52,200 bases of DNA, from positions 1-52,200 of the IMG/VR virus record IMGVR_UViG_3300024261_000044, one strand, 5' to 3'. Within the stretch, counting starts at the first letter, position 1. Each line of letters begins with the position of its first letter. This DNA is from a virus (Duplodnaviria; Caudoviricetes). The notes under the pieces are model-generated. The model made no database searches. It had not been told where the DNA came from and saw nothing but the letters and a program-made list of their open reading frames with translations. Position numbers and translations under genes: made by a program. Below are positions 13,004 to 24,103 of this stretch, one piece after another.

Positions 13004-15100
13004 TTAATTTGCTCCTATTGCTCTAGCTGTCGCTAGTTTTTCAATAACGTCCTTTACTTGTGTGTATAATTTATCTATTAAAATGTACGCATCTTCTAAC
13101 TCATTCATAGTATCTTCAGCATCCTCATTCCATACTTTAAAATCAGCAAGCCCTTCTCCTAATCCCATAAGCTTTGCTGATGCCTCCTGTGCTTTTTCTC
13201 TCACTATTCTGGTAGGATCCCCTATTGGAAACCCCTCCATAGTTTTTATATTTAAACATCCCAGTAACTCACCTAAAGCACTTCCCTCTAAGGAGTCACC
13301 ACTTAAAGTAGCGACTATGTTACTTATATTTCCCAGAGATAATGGCCCTTTCATAGACTCTGGCATAGTAGATATTAAGTCGTCATACTTCTTTTTTAAT
13401 TTAGGGAAGTCATTAACTTGCTCTACAGAAGACATAAAAGATAAACAATACCCGTACAAAGCATCATCATGCAATATTTGATTGGTGATACTACTTTGCA
13501 CACTTTTTAATTGCCCGATAGTTCTTGAGTTTACTCCACCTAAAACAACACCCATTATTCCCATACCTACAGGAGTTAATGATACTTGAGATTGTTTAAA
13601 AGCATTTTTAGCAGATTCTTTTTTATTAAACGTATCTTTTATATAAATTCTTAAATTTTCAAACCTTTCCTGTGCTACATCAAAAGATTCTAGATCATCT
13701 TGGGAAGAAGGTACAGGGTTTCCGTCTTCATCCGCTTTTTCACCTATAACAGCTTTTAGTTGTGTTTGAGCGGAAGTTAACTTAGTTACCCAAGACCTTT
13801 TTTTTCCAAATGCTCCTATTTTTGTTTTTGTATCCTTATCCAAAAAACCTTTAACATCTACGCTCACGTCAGAAATCGTACTTAAAGCTGGACTTAATAA
13901 CAGAGTAGTAGAACTTCCTAGAATCTTTAGTATTCCCCAATTAGATGAGAATAAAGTTATGGCGCCATTAGCAACGGATACAGAACCCATTACTCGTTTT
14001 CAATGCGTATTCTTTTTTGAAGGATCACTCATGTAATTCATAGCATGTTCTGTTTCTTTTTTTCCAGCAATAGATGACCCGATTTGGTTTGAAAAATCAT
14101 TCGAAGACCCGCTACCTAAATTTAGCATGTCTCTTGTATACTTAATAGCAGTAATCGGCATTAACTCTACTAGCCTATCTATAACCCCTGAGATTGAGCT
14201 CTCAAGTAAAAATGTTTGTAAATCTTTTGGGAGTACTGGAGTAACTTCAGACATAAAATTTGTAAAGGCAGTATTTTGTTCTTCTATGTACGACTCTTTT
14301 TCTGCATCTCCTATATTTGATGGTACACTAAAAAATCTGTCTTGTATATCATTCTTAAGTAATGTAGGTGATAAAATTTCAACAGAAGAAACATTCATCC
14401 CATACTTATTAAAAATAGGTATAATTTCATCTTTTCTTTTTTTAATCTCTTTGAAAAAGTTTCCCGACAGCGAATCTATTGCTTCTTCAAGACTAGTAGA
14501 AGCAGTCTTTAAATAAGAAGTTCTTGGGAAAGACCCATTTTGTGACTTCATTCTGTTTATTTCACCACTAACGATTTTGCCTGCTCTTTTTATGTAATAT
14601 TGACTACTAGTTATTTCTTTGAATGGGTCGTCACCTCGCCTTCCGTGTATAGTATTTTTTATACTTAGAAGTACAGTAGCAACAGATGCGACGTCATTCT
14701 TTAAAATAAACCCAAGCTCTTTTCTTTTCTCTAGCTCAGCCATTAAATGTTGGACTGCGTAATATTGAATAATAATTTCTATCCTAGCTGCTGAACCTAA
14801 AGCAGCAGCAACTGCTCCAAGAACAGCTCCGAAACCTTTTGACATTAGATCGCTAACAAAACCATTTACATAGTCTCTAGCTACATCCTTTGCCATGTGA
14901 GCAACTATGATTGATAAAGCTGCAAGTACTGACCCACCGGACTTTCCCAATAAGTCATCTATAGCATCTTCGACTCTTTCCACCATCTTAGCAGTTTCAT
15001 CGGCAAGAACCTCTAAGATACTTGATGGATCACATGGATCCTCTATTTCAAATCCTAGGTTACCTAAGGTTAGTGCTAGTGTCTCAAGAGGTGCAGCCAT
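13004..15100 (-). CDS. Hypothetical helical structural protein, about 698 aa (TGA at 14000)
   Basis: ORFs 14000..15100 and 13004..13990 are in frame, joined as KKNTH*KRVMGS. Confidence 0.65.
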
Positions 15101-15822
15101 TATATCAGTCCTTTAATATCCTTAGCAATTTTATTCTGACGTTTTTTCATATCTCCCGCTTTTAATCCTAACTTAGACCTTAGGTTCTTGGACGTCATTC
15201 GTGGCATTCCGCTCAACCCAAATGTATGTTCCATTATTTTTTTATCTACAGGATCTGCATCAAAATATACAAATTGTATTGCCTGTTTTAAAATAGGGTC
15301 CACGTCCTCATTTCTAGCATAAAAATAAAAACCACCGGCATCATCAGAGTCCTGCAACTCAGCCATAGATAAATCCTTTCTCTGTTCCAGCTGCAATCTT
15401 TCTATTTCACCGATAGCAACATTCATAGAATCAGATAATTCCTCTACAGTTGGTGGCCTACCTTTACTGTCTTCTAAATTGTCGTATATAGTATTATATT
15501 TACCAATTATCAAAGTCCTATTCTCAGGGATATGTCCTACATTCTGGTAATTCATAACACTACGACTTAATTTTTTTAAGTAGTTAATTACATGAGTATT
15601 TAATTGAGACATTGTAGGGTCATAAGTATCAATTGCCTCGCCTGTTAACCTCTTTGCCTCCAGCTCTATGTAAGACCTTGGAAGCCCAGATGCGGCCCAT
15701 TTATTTGATTGCATCATAACTATAGGCGTTAATGACTGCACTAACTCTATCTTGGCCTGTTTGTCACCACCTTTGTACCTATTAAAAAGTTCTAATTCTT
15801 GCTGTTTTGAGTATGTGTTCAT
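15100..15822 (-). CDS. Phage sigma-70-family sigma factor (putative late sigma)
   Basis: ELELFNRYKGGDKQAKIELV (region 1.2/2.1), AIDTYDP, GRPPTVEELSDSM (region 3), C-terminal HTH-like region 4. No TGA. Confidence 0.75.
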   Translation of the reverse strand: MNTYSKQQELELFNRYKGGDKQAKIELVQSLTPIVMMQSNKWAASGLPRSYIELEAKRLTGEAIDTYDPTMSQLNTHVINYLKKLSRSVMNYQNVGHIPENRTLIIGKYNTIYDNLEDSKGRPPTVEELSDSMNVAIGEIERLQLEQRKDLSMAELQDSDDAGGFYFYARNEDVDPILKQAIQFVYFDADPVDKKIMEHTFGLSGMPRMTSKNLRSKLGLKAGDMKKRQNKIAKDIKGLI

Positions 15823-15838
15823 AAATTTGTCTGATTAT

Positions 15839-16972
15839 TTATTTTATATGTTTTGCTTTTAATGAGTATAACTTCTCTGGTAAAGTATGTAACTTATTTA
15901 TTAACTCAGAAAATTTAAAGGAGTCATCTTTTATTTCGTCATCGGCTATACTTTCTATAGCACTAAGGATAGTGGTAAAAAACGTTTCTACGTTAGACTC
16001 ACTTGCTCCAAATACTACAGCCAAAATTGGTGATATATACGAGTCTGAATTTGAGTAAAATTTTAACACCGCCTCTTTACATGCCACTGCCCTTTCCCTC
16101 ATCTCTTTTACGATGTTAATTGATGGATCAATCTTTTTAAATATATCATCAATTTTCAAAAAGTACTCTGGCCCATAATCCACAAATTCCCTAATATCTT
16201 GCCCGCCAAGTACCTTATCAGAGTACATGTTGAGAGTTATAAAGTTATTTAGTGGGCCTAGTATTGAGTCTATTTTTTTAACGTACTGCGAGATTACCTT
16301 ATCTATGTCTACAGACGGGACGTACATGTTTCTCAAATCATTCTCAGATAATACCTCAGGTGCGCCGGCATCGAGGCTGTGGTTTGTGACTACTCAAGAC
16401 ATATTAAAAGTAACAATTTTATCTGCATTCGACGAGTAGGTCGAATTAAAGGAAAGAGGATACCCCTCGACCTGATGATTACCTATAACAATGTATGCTA
16501 TCTGGTTATTTTTTACTAGTTGTGTGCCCCTTATTACGTCATTATACATTTTTATTAAGCTACTACCATGAAAGTACTCATGCTCTCTCTCACTCCTAGT
16601 AGACCTATAGTCTACTGCTGCTCCAGAAAAGTTATATACTCTCGCAGAGTCCCCAAAAAAAGAAACACTAGATGCTCCAAACGTATTTAATATTTGTGAT
16701 CTTTCTTGAAGGTTGAAAGAAAATGCCTGCAATGTAAATTTATTAGTCTGATATAAAATTTTATGCCCACCTTTTACATAAATATGGGCCCCTATGCCCT
16801 GCTCCTCTGAATTTATAGACTCAGCAAGATGTGTAGGAGACTCTTTTTTACTTAAAGGGATAAGTATATTTTTATGGTCCCCAATATTTTGCATAGCTTT
16901 GGGGAAATCAAGATTCGTGCTGGCTGTACCATTTGCTAGTGCTTCTCCCTGGGTTTTAAGCTTAGATGACAT
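15839..16972 (-). CDS. Tail tube initiator/baseplate-like protein, about 377 aa (TGA at 16394)
   Basis: ORFs 16394..16972 and 15839..16336 are in frame, joined as VTFNMS*VVTNH. FTLQAFSFNLQERSQILNTFG...FFGDSARVYNFSG is tube-fold-like. Confidence 0.6.
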
Positions 16973-16975
16973 TTG

Positions 16976-19678
16976 TTACCTCACTAAATTTATTTTATTT
17001 GATTTACGTTCTGAATTTCTAATAAAGGCTTCTAATACGTGATTTAACCTTAAGTAAGAATATGGTTTATCTATATTTTCGCCTAAAGTTTTTTCTACCT
17101 GGGATGGGTCTGCTTCTTTTGCATCGCCTTCTTTTTTACTATCAAAAGCACTAATAGCCTCTAACCACTTATCAATCTTATCTTGTATTTCTTGTAAGGT
17201 ACTCTTCAAGCTTATAACTTCTAGACTCGTACTTGCATGTAACTTCGCATTATTTTCCTCTTCAAGAGTTGGAATGACTCTCCCTATTCCCATAATTGTG
17301 TCTTCATACGTTTTCTCTATTCCCATAATTGTGTCTTCATACGTTTTTTTACTTCGTCTTAAATTCTTTATCTTTATGTTTACTTGTCTCACAGTGAAAG
17401 AACTTTTGTCGTCACTTCCATGCTCCGTGACTACAAAAAGATTATCTGGAGAGTCCGGTGTTGTGTTTTTAGCTTTTTTATGAATATTTATATCATGTAA
17501 AATAGTAGAAAGTTGCTTATAATCTGTATCAGCACTGTCAGGGTAGTTATTTTGAGCACCAATAAAATTTAGATAATCTCCCTGAGTTATTATAGGACGA
17601 TAGTTTACTCTAGACATAAATGACTGAGACGCAGTTGTGCCAGCCACTTTTTTATATAATTTTTTTAAGTTTATTATAGACTGGTAAAGATATTTACTGT
17701 ACTTAAGAGAGTCCGATTCATTGCTGTCATTTGGTTCGAATCCCTTTATTGATATAAGTGGGTAATTGTCTTCTTTGCTGCCCCTTATGTAGCTAAAAAT
17801 AGATTGGTCATATCTGTCAGTTTTAACAAATTGGTCGTCAGGTGCTGCTGACCTAGTTTTTAAAGTTTCATTTATTTCTTTTGAGTAACCCCTATTATCT
17901 TGTAATTTTTTTCTCTCCGATATTTTTCCAAATAGCATGTACGTATATATATCTGTACCTACGTTAAAATAGCTATATAACTCGTTATCAAAATAACCAC
18001 TAAAAGAGACAGGGGCCATATCAGCAGAGAAATCATTTATAGCATATTTTTCTCAAGATGATTCCCCTTCACTACCTGACGATGGCGAGAATATTCCTGA
18101 AAAATCATCATCATAAATTAGTACTGTATTTTTGAAAGTAATGGTACTTTTAGCCCCACCCTGGGCAGATATGGAAGTTTGTATGTCCGTTATAACCCCG
18201 ACAATCGAGGGCTCACCCGGATCTAGTATAACTGCTGGCATGCCACAAAACCTATTTGGATTTCACACGGCATCTAATGTAAGAGACCTGAAGGCAAATT
18301 TTTGTTTAGCAAAAGATTGAAGAGATAACTCTCTAATTATTTTTACACCTTCAGACCCTTTTCCTATATAGTCTTCTCGTGTTGTGGGTCTTTCATCGTC
18401 CCCGTCTGAAATTACGTTCCTTATCAGCCCTGCTATTCCGACACCATTCAGTTTCATCCTATGGGGACGTATGCCCCTATATGTCTCTTCTATATTATGT
18501 GAAGTAGATAACGTAGGATTTTCATTTACAGTCGAAGCTTGAGGCCCAATTTGGACTTTTGAGGCAGGTAAAGCAAGGTTTTCATACACAGTTGAAACAG
18601 ATGGTACTGCATAAATCGTACTATCTGTGTAGGTCTCTCCTTGTTTAGGAGAAAAACTGTAAGTTAATTGAGTATAAGCTCTTGTAGGTTCAGACATGTA
18701 TTTCCTATCATACCTAAATGCTGAAACTTGGTCTGAGAAAAACACGTTACATAATGCCGGAGGACTCCATTCTTGTGACGGAGCTACCAAGCACCTGAAG
18801 GGTACTTTAGAGTCACCACCTGACGGAGAATACCCCGAAGTTGGCGACGCAGGTGCTAGTAATGAATATCTTATTTCCTTCAAAATAGTCAGTATTATAT
18901 ATAGTAAACTTGTTTTTCTAGCACTTTGTCCGAGTGTTTTTAGAACTTTTACAAGAAGAGCATTCTTCATCCCATCTAAGTTAGACATGTTTGGAAAAGA
19001 TATAATACTATCTTTTAACCCCATAGACGAATTTAAAAATTGGAAGAATAAGTCGGTACCTTCAAAGCTTGTTAATATATCTTGAAGAAGAGAATGTCAG
19101 TCTGATTTATCCTCTCCCTCCGAATAGGACTGTATTAGTTTCTGTATAGTATTTATAACTCCTCCTAACATAGCTATACTTTCAAAACTTTCTGATGACG
19201 TATTATTATTATCAGGTATATCTCCAGAATTCTTATACATACTTGAGGTTATTTGCCCGGAGTCAGTTTCAGTATTTATAAAATTATACATACCATGTTC
19301 ACTGATAGTTAGGTCATCAAACGGTACAACATCTTTAGAAACATGCTCTATATCACCTCACCTAACTATTAAGTTAGTACACGATAGGCTAACTGATCTA
19401 GATGATCCTGTCTTTTGATACCCTACAGAATTAACCTCCCCTTCGTATATCAGAACGGATTCTGATGCTCCCTGAGGAGTAGTATTGGGGCCAAATAACT
19501 GGACTATAGTTCCGGGTAAAATTCTGAGTGCGCCTGTACCTACTCCAAAAGAAAGTTTTAGAGCTGGAAATCCGGATTCATTCTCTGAAATATTTGCAGA
19601 GGCAAATGGAACTTTAACTCCTTCTAAAAAAAGTTCGAAGTTATCAAATAAGTTAATAGTTGGGTTAGTTATTTTCAT
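16976..19678 (-). CDS. Baseplate hub-like protein, about 900 aa (TGA at 19358, 19097, 18263, 18053)
   Basis: Five track ORFs lie in one frame separated only by TGA. N-terminal FELFLEGVKVP...IYEGEVNSVGY and LDAV*NPNRFCGMPAVILD resemble hub/late-control-D proteins. Position is directly downstream of the tape measure gene. Confidence 0.65.
17284..17347. repeat. In-frame 33-nt tandem duplication (31 bp identical)
   Basis: ctattcccataattgtgtcttcatacgtttt at 17284 and 17317; encodes KTYEDTIMGIE KTYEDTIMGIG. Confidence 0.95.
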
Positions 19679-19681
19679 ACG

Positions 19682-22600
19682 TTAGAACTCTACCTTTAAT
19701 TGCCCATCTACAAACGTAAATTGCTTTTGAGACAACTCTACAGCTTCTCTTATCCTACCTTGCGTGTCAACAGCTTGTGCGTCCATGGCGCTTATGGCAC
19801 CATCCTTTACAAATTGTCGTAAGTCTTCTTGTCAGTCTTTACCCCCAAATATTGAACTTTCTTTAGCTAAGTTGTCTTTCATTTTATCATCTATCTGCTT
19901 CATTGTCTCCTCTTTTTCCCCCGAAGACATATTTATTACACCGCCGTCATTCTCTACTATCTTCCCGCCCTCGGCAACAGTTTGGTACGACAATTGCTTT
20001 ATAGCTTTTTCTTGGTCAGCACTAAGTCTTTGCCCATCAAAAACACTGGTAAACATTTTTCTGGCTTTTTGTAGATCCTCTGCAGCCAGCCCAGCTTTAA
20101 ATGAATCTATTTCTCCTTTATTATTAGTCATTTCTTCTGCTACCTTATACATTGCTGCTGAACTTTCTTTGCTACCAACTGCTGCCACATTCACAGACAA
20201 TTCATTTGGATCCACGCCTTTATTTATTAACATCTTCATGAGATTTGTGTACTCTTCTTCACTTTCTATATCTCCGTACGCTTCTGTAAATCCCAGAATA
20301 TCGCTTACTTCACCTACTAATCCTTCCTCCCCCATTTTTTCTAAAGCATCCTTTAGATCTCCACCGTCGAGCTGCAGTTTAGACTTCTTCATGGAGCCTC
20401 CTATGGATTTTATTATACTTTCCCCTTTGGTTTTGTTGTTGTAAGCAATGTCTATATTTTTTTGTAGCTGTTTTTTTCCTACATCATACCCAATTGTTTC
20501 GGACGCCGGCGGAAGAATACCCTTCTTTCCTTCCGACCCTGCATTAAGACTAGAGTGAACTCCCATCCTTATGTCGCCGACCTGGCCTTCCTCACCCTCT
20601 TTTATATGATCTTGCAAGGTTCCAAAAGTTACTTCGCCAATATTTGATCCCTCAGCCAGTAGATCATTGTCGTTAACATACGTTCTTACAGCTGCGTCCA
20701 TACCTTCCAATGACCTCTTGAAGCCTCCTTTTTTTGTAGCATCTGCAACTTTTGCCATTATGCTGTAGTCAGGGTACTTCTCATCGGACTTAGCATTTTG
20801 AGCGTCCTGTAGTTGTTGAGAGTAATTTAAACCTTTTCTTAAATCAGCAACTGTTGTATTTTTAAGTGTAAAGTCTCTTTTGTAATCAGCCCAATCCCCA
20901 AGAGCGTCTTTTCCCTCTTTATCTTGGGTTGCAAATACCTCAGCTTCATCTAAATTTAGGTAGTTACCGTCTGCGTTTGACCTTATGTATTCTTCTCTGG
21001 TTTCCTTATATTCATCTGAGTTTTTTCTTTCAACGTCAGACACAACATCAGATGCAGTTAATATACCTGTACCATGTTTTAACTGCTCCTCAGAATACCT
21101 ACCTGTAAACTTGGTTGTAGTTTTATTTCCCCACCAGTCAGATATTCCTTCAGAGATATCCCTTCCTCCACCTACTAGGTTTCTCCCTAATGTTCCTAAT
21201 GGGGCAAATGTTCTTCCTGTGGCTTTGCTTGCCGCCTCAAACCCTGTTGCTATCCCGTGAGCTACTACACCAGACCTAGATGAACTGTTTAAGTCTTGGT
21301 GTGCGTTAATAGCGCCAGCCATAGTTTGTTGATTTTGATTCTCTGATCCAAAAGTAGCATCCATCATCATGCCTAATCCAGTTCTTGCGTCAACACCCTT
21401 CATTAACATTGTAGCGCCTAAAAATGCTTCAGGAGTGAAAGTCTGGTCAATACTATTAAAAAAACCAACAACATCTGATAAGGCAGCATCTGCCCTATTT
21501 TGTGGTCCCATAGCTTGAACATTTCTTCCCTGGCTTGCTATAGCAGAAAACATATTTATCGGGTCTTGCATTAGGTGGCTTGCACTATTTAAAACATCTT
21601 TAGGCATCATTGGGACATTACCGCTTGTGCCGAATTCCGCTGCCTGCCAAAATCCCAGGGACCCTGGACCTTGCATCATAGATGCATTCTGGCTACTTGA
21701 AACCATACTTGCCCTATCTCCCATACTCATGCCTCTATTTACTTGTCCAGCAAAACCTTCGTATTGAGCCCCAGACCTAAGTATACTTTCTAAACCAGAT
21801 TGAAAAGACTGTGCGGGAGTCACTAAGTTTTGTGCTCCTAAAAGACCCATAGCTTGCATTTCATTACCAGCATTTGTCACAGTGTTTAAAAATTGGGTGG
21901 GGGACTGTCCCATGGACGTAGCTGTTCCTGCAAATTGTGCGCCCCAAGCTCCAATACCGTCAGTACCTTGAACCCCAGATTGTTTTATTGAAGCCATAAT
22001 TTGAGTAGCTTCCTGCATTGTAGTATTAAAAGCATTTTGAAATAATCTTAAGTTACTAACAACATCATCTGCTTCTTTTCTAAATTCTTCTGCGTTACTG
22101 ACTCCTTTAAATCCGCCTGCAGCACCAAAGTCCATGACAGCTGACTGTGCGACTTGACTATCTATACCTTGTAGCCTATCCGTTACCCCGTGTGGTCTAC
22201 TTAAAATACCGTTCGCCATCCCAATGGCATCATCCATTCCTATATTACCAAAAGAACTAGAAGCTAATGATTGTAATCCTCCGGCTAAACTTTCTGCTTG
22301 CCTAGCTGGTGCCATTATAGCTTGTTTAGCTAAATCTTGTCCTCAACCAGCGAGACCTCCGATTACTGCTCCGGCTGGGCCACCAAGCATTAAGCCGCCA
22401 AGAGCTCCACTGAACTTGCTAAAGTTATCCATACCAAAGTTGGTGACAGATTGAGTGAATTGATCCGCGTTAGCCGACCTATATTCATTGTACCCAGTTG
22501 AGGAGTTCGGGTCATACCCTATGCCTAGGCCGCCAGTAGCTTGGCCTAAGAAAGAAGAATTTGATATATTTTGCTCTCTCGTTGATAGAGAAAAGTCTCC

Positions 22601-22945
22601 AGCATTTGTGGCCATGCTGCCAGTCATTCGCTGAAACCCAACCTGTGCTACGTCAGAAACTCTTGATGCAAAGTCTTTTACTTCATTTAGAGAGTTATTT
22701 ACAGTATTAGCAAACGTGTTTTGAAACTGACTTGTAGACTGCAAAACTTCAGGCACAGAAAAAGATGGAGGTGTGCTTGCAAATCCTGCTGGAGTAGCAG
22801 CAGCGCCTCCTAGAGATGAAAATGCAGACGCCCCACCTGACTGTGAGTTCACAGCTTGAGATACCCTTTCTCTTATACTATCTAGCTGACCAGCTAAATC
22901 AGAACTATCTAGCTCAATTTTATACTTTAATACTTTTTCTGCCAT
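19682..22945 (-). CDS. Tail tape measure protein, about 1087 aa (TGA at 22343, 19832)
   Basis: Ala/Gly/Gln/Met-rich and helical, with GGPAGAVIGGLAG*. Follows the chaperone pair. Readthrough ends at TAA 19682, 3 nt before the next ATG. Confidence 0.8.
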
Positions 22946-22950
22946 GACTA

Positions 22951-23367
22951 CTATTCCGTATAATTCCCCATGTCTTTTATATTTATGTTACTAAAATCTT
23001 CGTCTTTTATGTCAGTTCCTTTTTTAGACAAATTACCCAAAGATTTTCCTTTAAAAAGACCTCTGAAACCTTTCAATTTTTCATCTATATTATCTTTTGT
23101 AATATCTTCTTCTTTATCAGAAACATCTGTTACAAAAAATACATTATTATAGTATCTTTTTAATAGGTCATTAAATTTTTGTACTTGATCCGAAGATCCT
23201 GTATCAAGGGTAGCAGCCTTAGCAATTATCGCTGTTTTTAAGTATTCACCCTGCATGTCGTGGTCTAAGCCACTTAAAAGAATAAGTTCTTTTAAGCTTC
23301 CTCTTTCCCCAAGTTCAATTCCCCTGACTTTTGCTCTAAGTCTTTTGGCATTGAACTTGTTTCGAAA
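22951..23367 (-). CDS. Tail assembly chaperone, -1 frame (gpT-like part of a G-T fusion)
   Basis: The frame of ORF 22951..23256 stays open back through the slippery site T TTT TTC (23364-23370) inside the upstream chaperone gene. Confidence 0.7.
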   Translation of the reverse strand, partial: FRNKFNAKRLRAKVRGIELGERGSLKELILLSGLDHDMQGEYLKTAIIAKAATLDTGSSDQVQKFNDLLKRYYNNVFFVTDVSDKEEDITKDNIDEKLKGFRGLFKGKSLGNLSKKGTDIKDEDFSNINIKDMGNYTE

Positions 23368-23723
23368 AAAGTTTTTTCGATCTCCTCTCCAGTTATTGCT
23401 TCGCCCAACTCTTTTTCAAATTCTGAGTGCTCCTTAGTAAGTTTATCAAGGACAAAGCTTGGCTGATTCTCCAAAAAATCTTTTGCATCTTTTATAGAAT
23501 TGAAGGAGTTTTTATTGTACTTTTTTACAGTATATGATAATAACATTAAGCTGTAAGTATGGAGTACAAAAGCTGAGGAACCCGTTATTTCACTCATACT
23601 GTCCTCTATTTTTAATTGATCTTTAGCTGATAGGTTTTGTAAAGTAACCTTTATCTTACCACTAGCTAACTCTACGTCCTTCGTAGCGTAGCCATTTTCG
23701 AATACCTGTTCTAAAAAATTCAT
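23292..23723 (-). CDS. Tail assembly chaperone (gpG-like), 143 aa
   Basis: Small acidic protein upstream of the tape measure gene, with a slippery heptamer near its 3' end. Confidence 0.7.
   Translation of the reverse strand: MNFLEQVFENGYATKDVELASGKIKVTLQNLSAKDQLKIEDSMSEITGSSAFVLHTYSLMLLSYTVKKYNKNSFNSIKDAKDFLENQPSFVLDKLTKEHSEFEKELGEAITGEEIEKTFFETSSMPKDLEQKSGELNLGKEEA
23364..23370 (-). other. Programmed -1 ribosomal frameshift heptamer T TTT TTC
   Basis: X XXY YYZ pattern in the correct phase (ACT TTT TTC). The -1 frame runs into ORF 22951. Confidence 0.75.
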
Positions 23724-23778
23724 ATATTTTGTTTGATTTATTTTATTATGTTTTATTAATTTACTTCTCTATACTTAA

Positions 23779-23807
23779 AATATAAACATTGTATACCGCC
23801 AAATCAA
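23779..23807 (-). promoter_or_regulatory. Sigma70-like promoter for the chaperone/tape measure/baseplate operon
   Basis: TTGATT-17 nt-TATATT on the minus strand in the divergent intergenic region. AT-rich background lowers specificity. Confidence 0.4.
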
Positions 23808-23826
23808 CGTATATTTATTCAAAATT

Positions 23827-23841
23827 TGGTATAAGAATAAT
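23827..23841 (+). promoter_or_regulatory. Repeated promoter-like motif TGGTATAAGAATAAT (copy 1)
   Basis: Identical 15-mer at 39366-39380. Each copy heads a plus-strand gene run. Confidence 0.65.
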
Positions 23842-23890
23842 GTAAAGAGGGGTTCTCTTTTCGAATTTTTCACAACTAAAGGAGATAAAC

Positions 23891-24067
23891 ATGAGACTTG
23901 AATATCTGAATAATTGTATTATGCTCGCCATTAATGGGAAGTGCTACTGCTTATTAACACACTACAAAAGTGTGCATAGCTGCGTAGTAAAAGTTTTTGG
24001 TTTTACAATTTGGGATACTTTTATAGACCCATTCACAGGTAGGAGGGAGTGGTTCAAAAAGACATAA
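23891..24067 (+). CDS. Small hypothetical protein (58 aa, Cys-rich)
   Basis: AAGGAGA ribosome-binding site; MRLEYLNNCIMLAINGKCYCLL...REWFKKT-TAA. Below the ORF-track length cut-off. Confidence 0.6.
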   Translation: MRLEYLNNCIMLAINGKCYCLLTHYKSVHSCVVKVFGFTIWDTFIDPFTGRREWFKKT

Positions 24068-24103
24068 CTGTCTTTTTACAATAAAAAAAATCAATGGAGG
24101 ATT

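Noticed and set aside
3460-22345. Fragmented structural ORFs as pseudogenes of a decaying prophage
   Set aside because: All interruptions are TGA, with no internal TAA/TAG or frameshift decay. Many fall at Trp-type motif positions.
932-23437. Many plus-strand ORFs over the structural block, and minus-strand ORFs over the replication block
   Set aside because: They are antisense shadows of real genes, with no motifs or ribosome-binding sites.
23724-24103. Suppressor tRNA or other RNA gene in intergenic gaps (also 39362-39499, 49141-49258, 51683-51844)
   Set aside because: No cloverleaf or T-loop GTTC signature seen by eye. The gaps are explained by a small ORF, promoters and hairpins. A covariance-model scan is needed to be certain.
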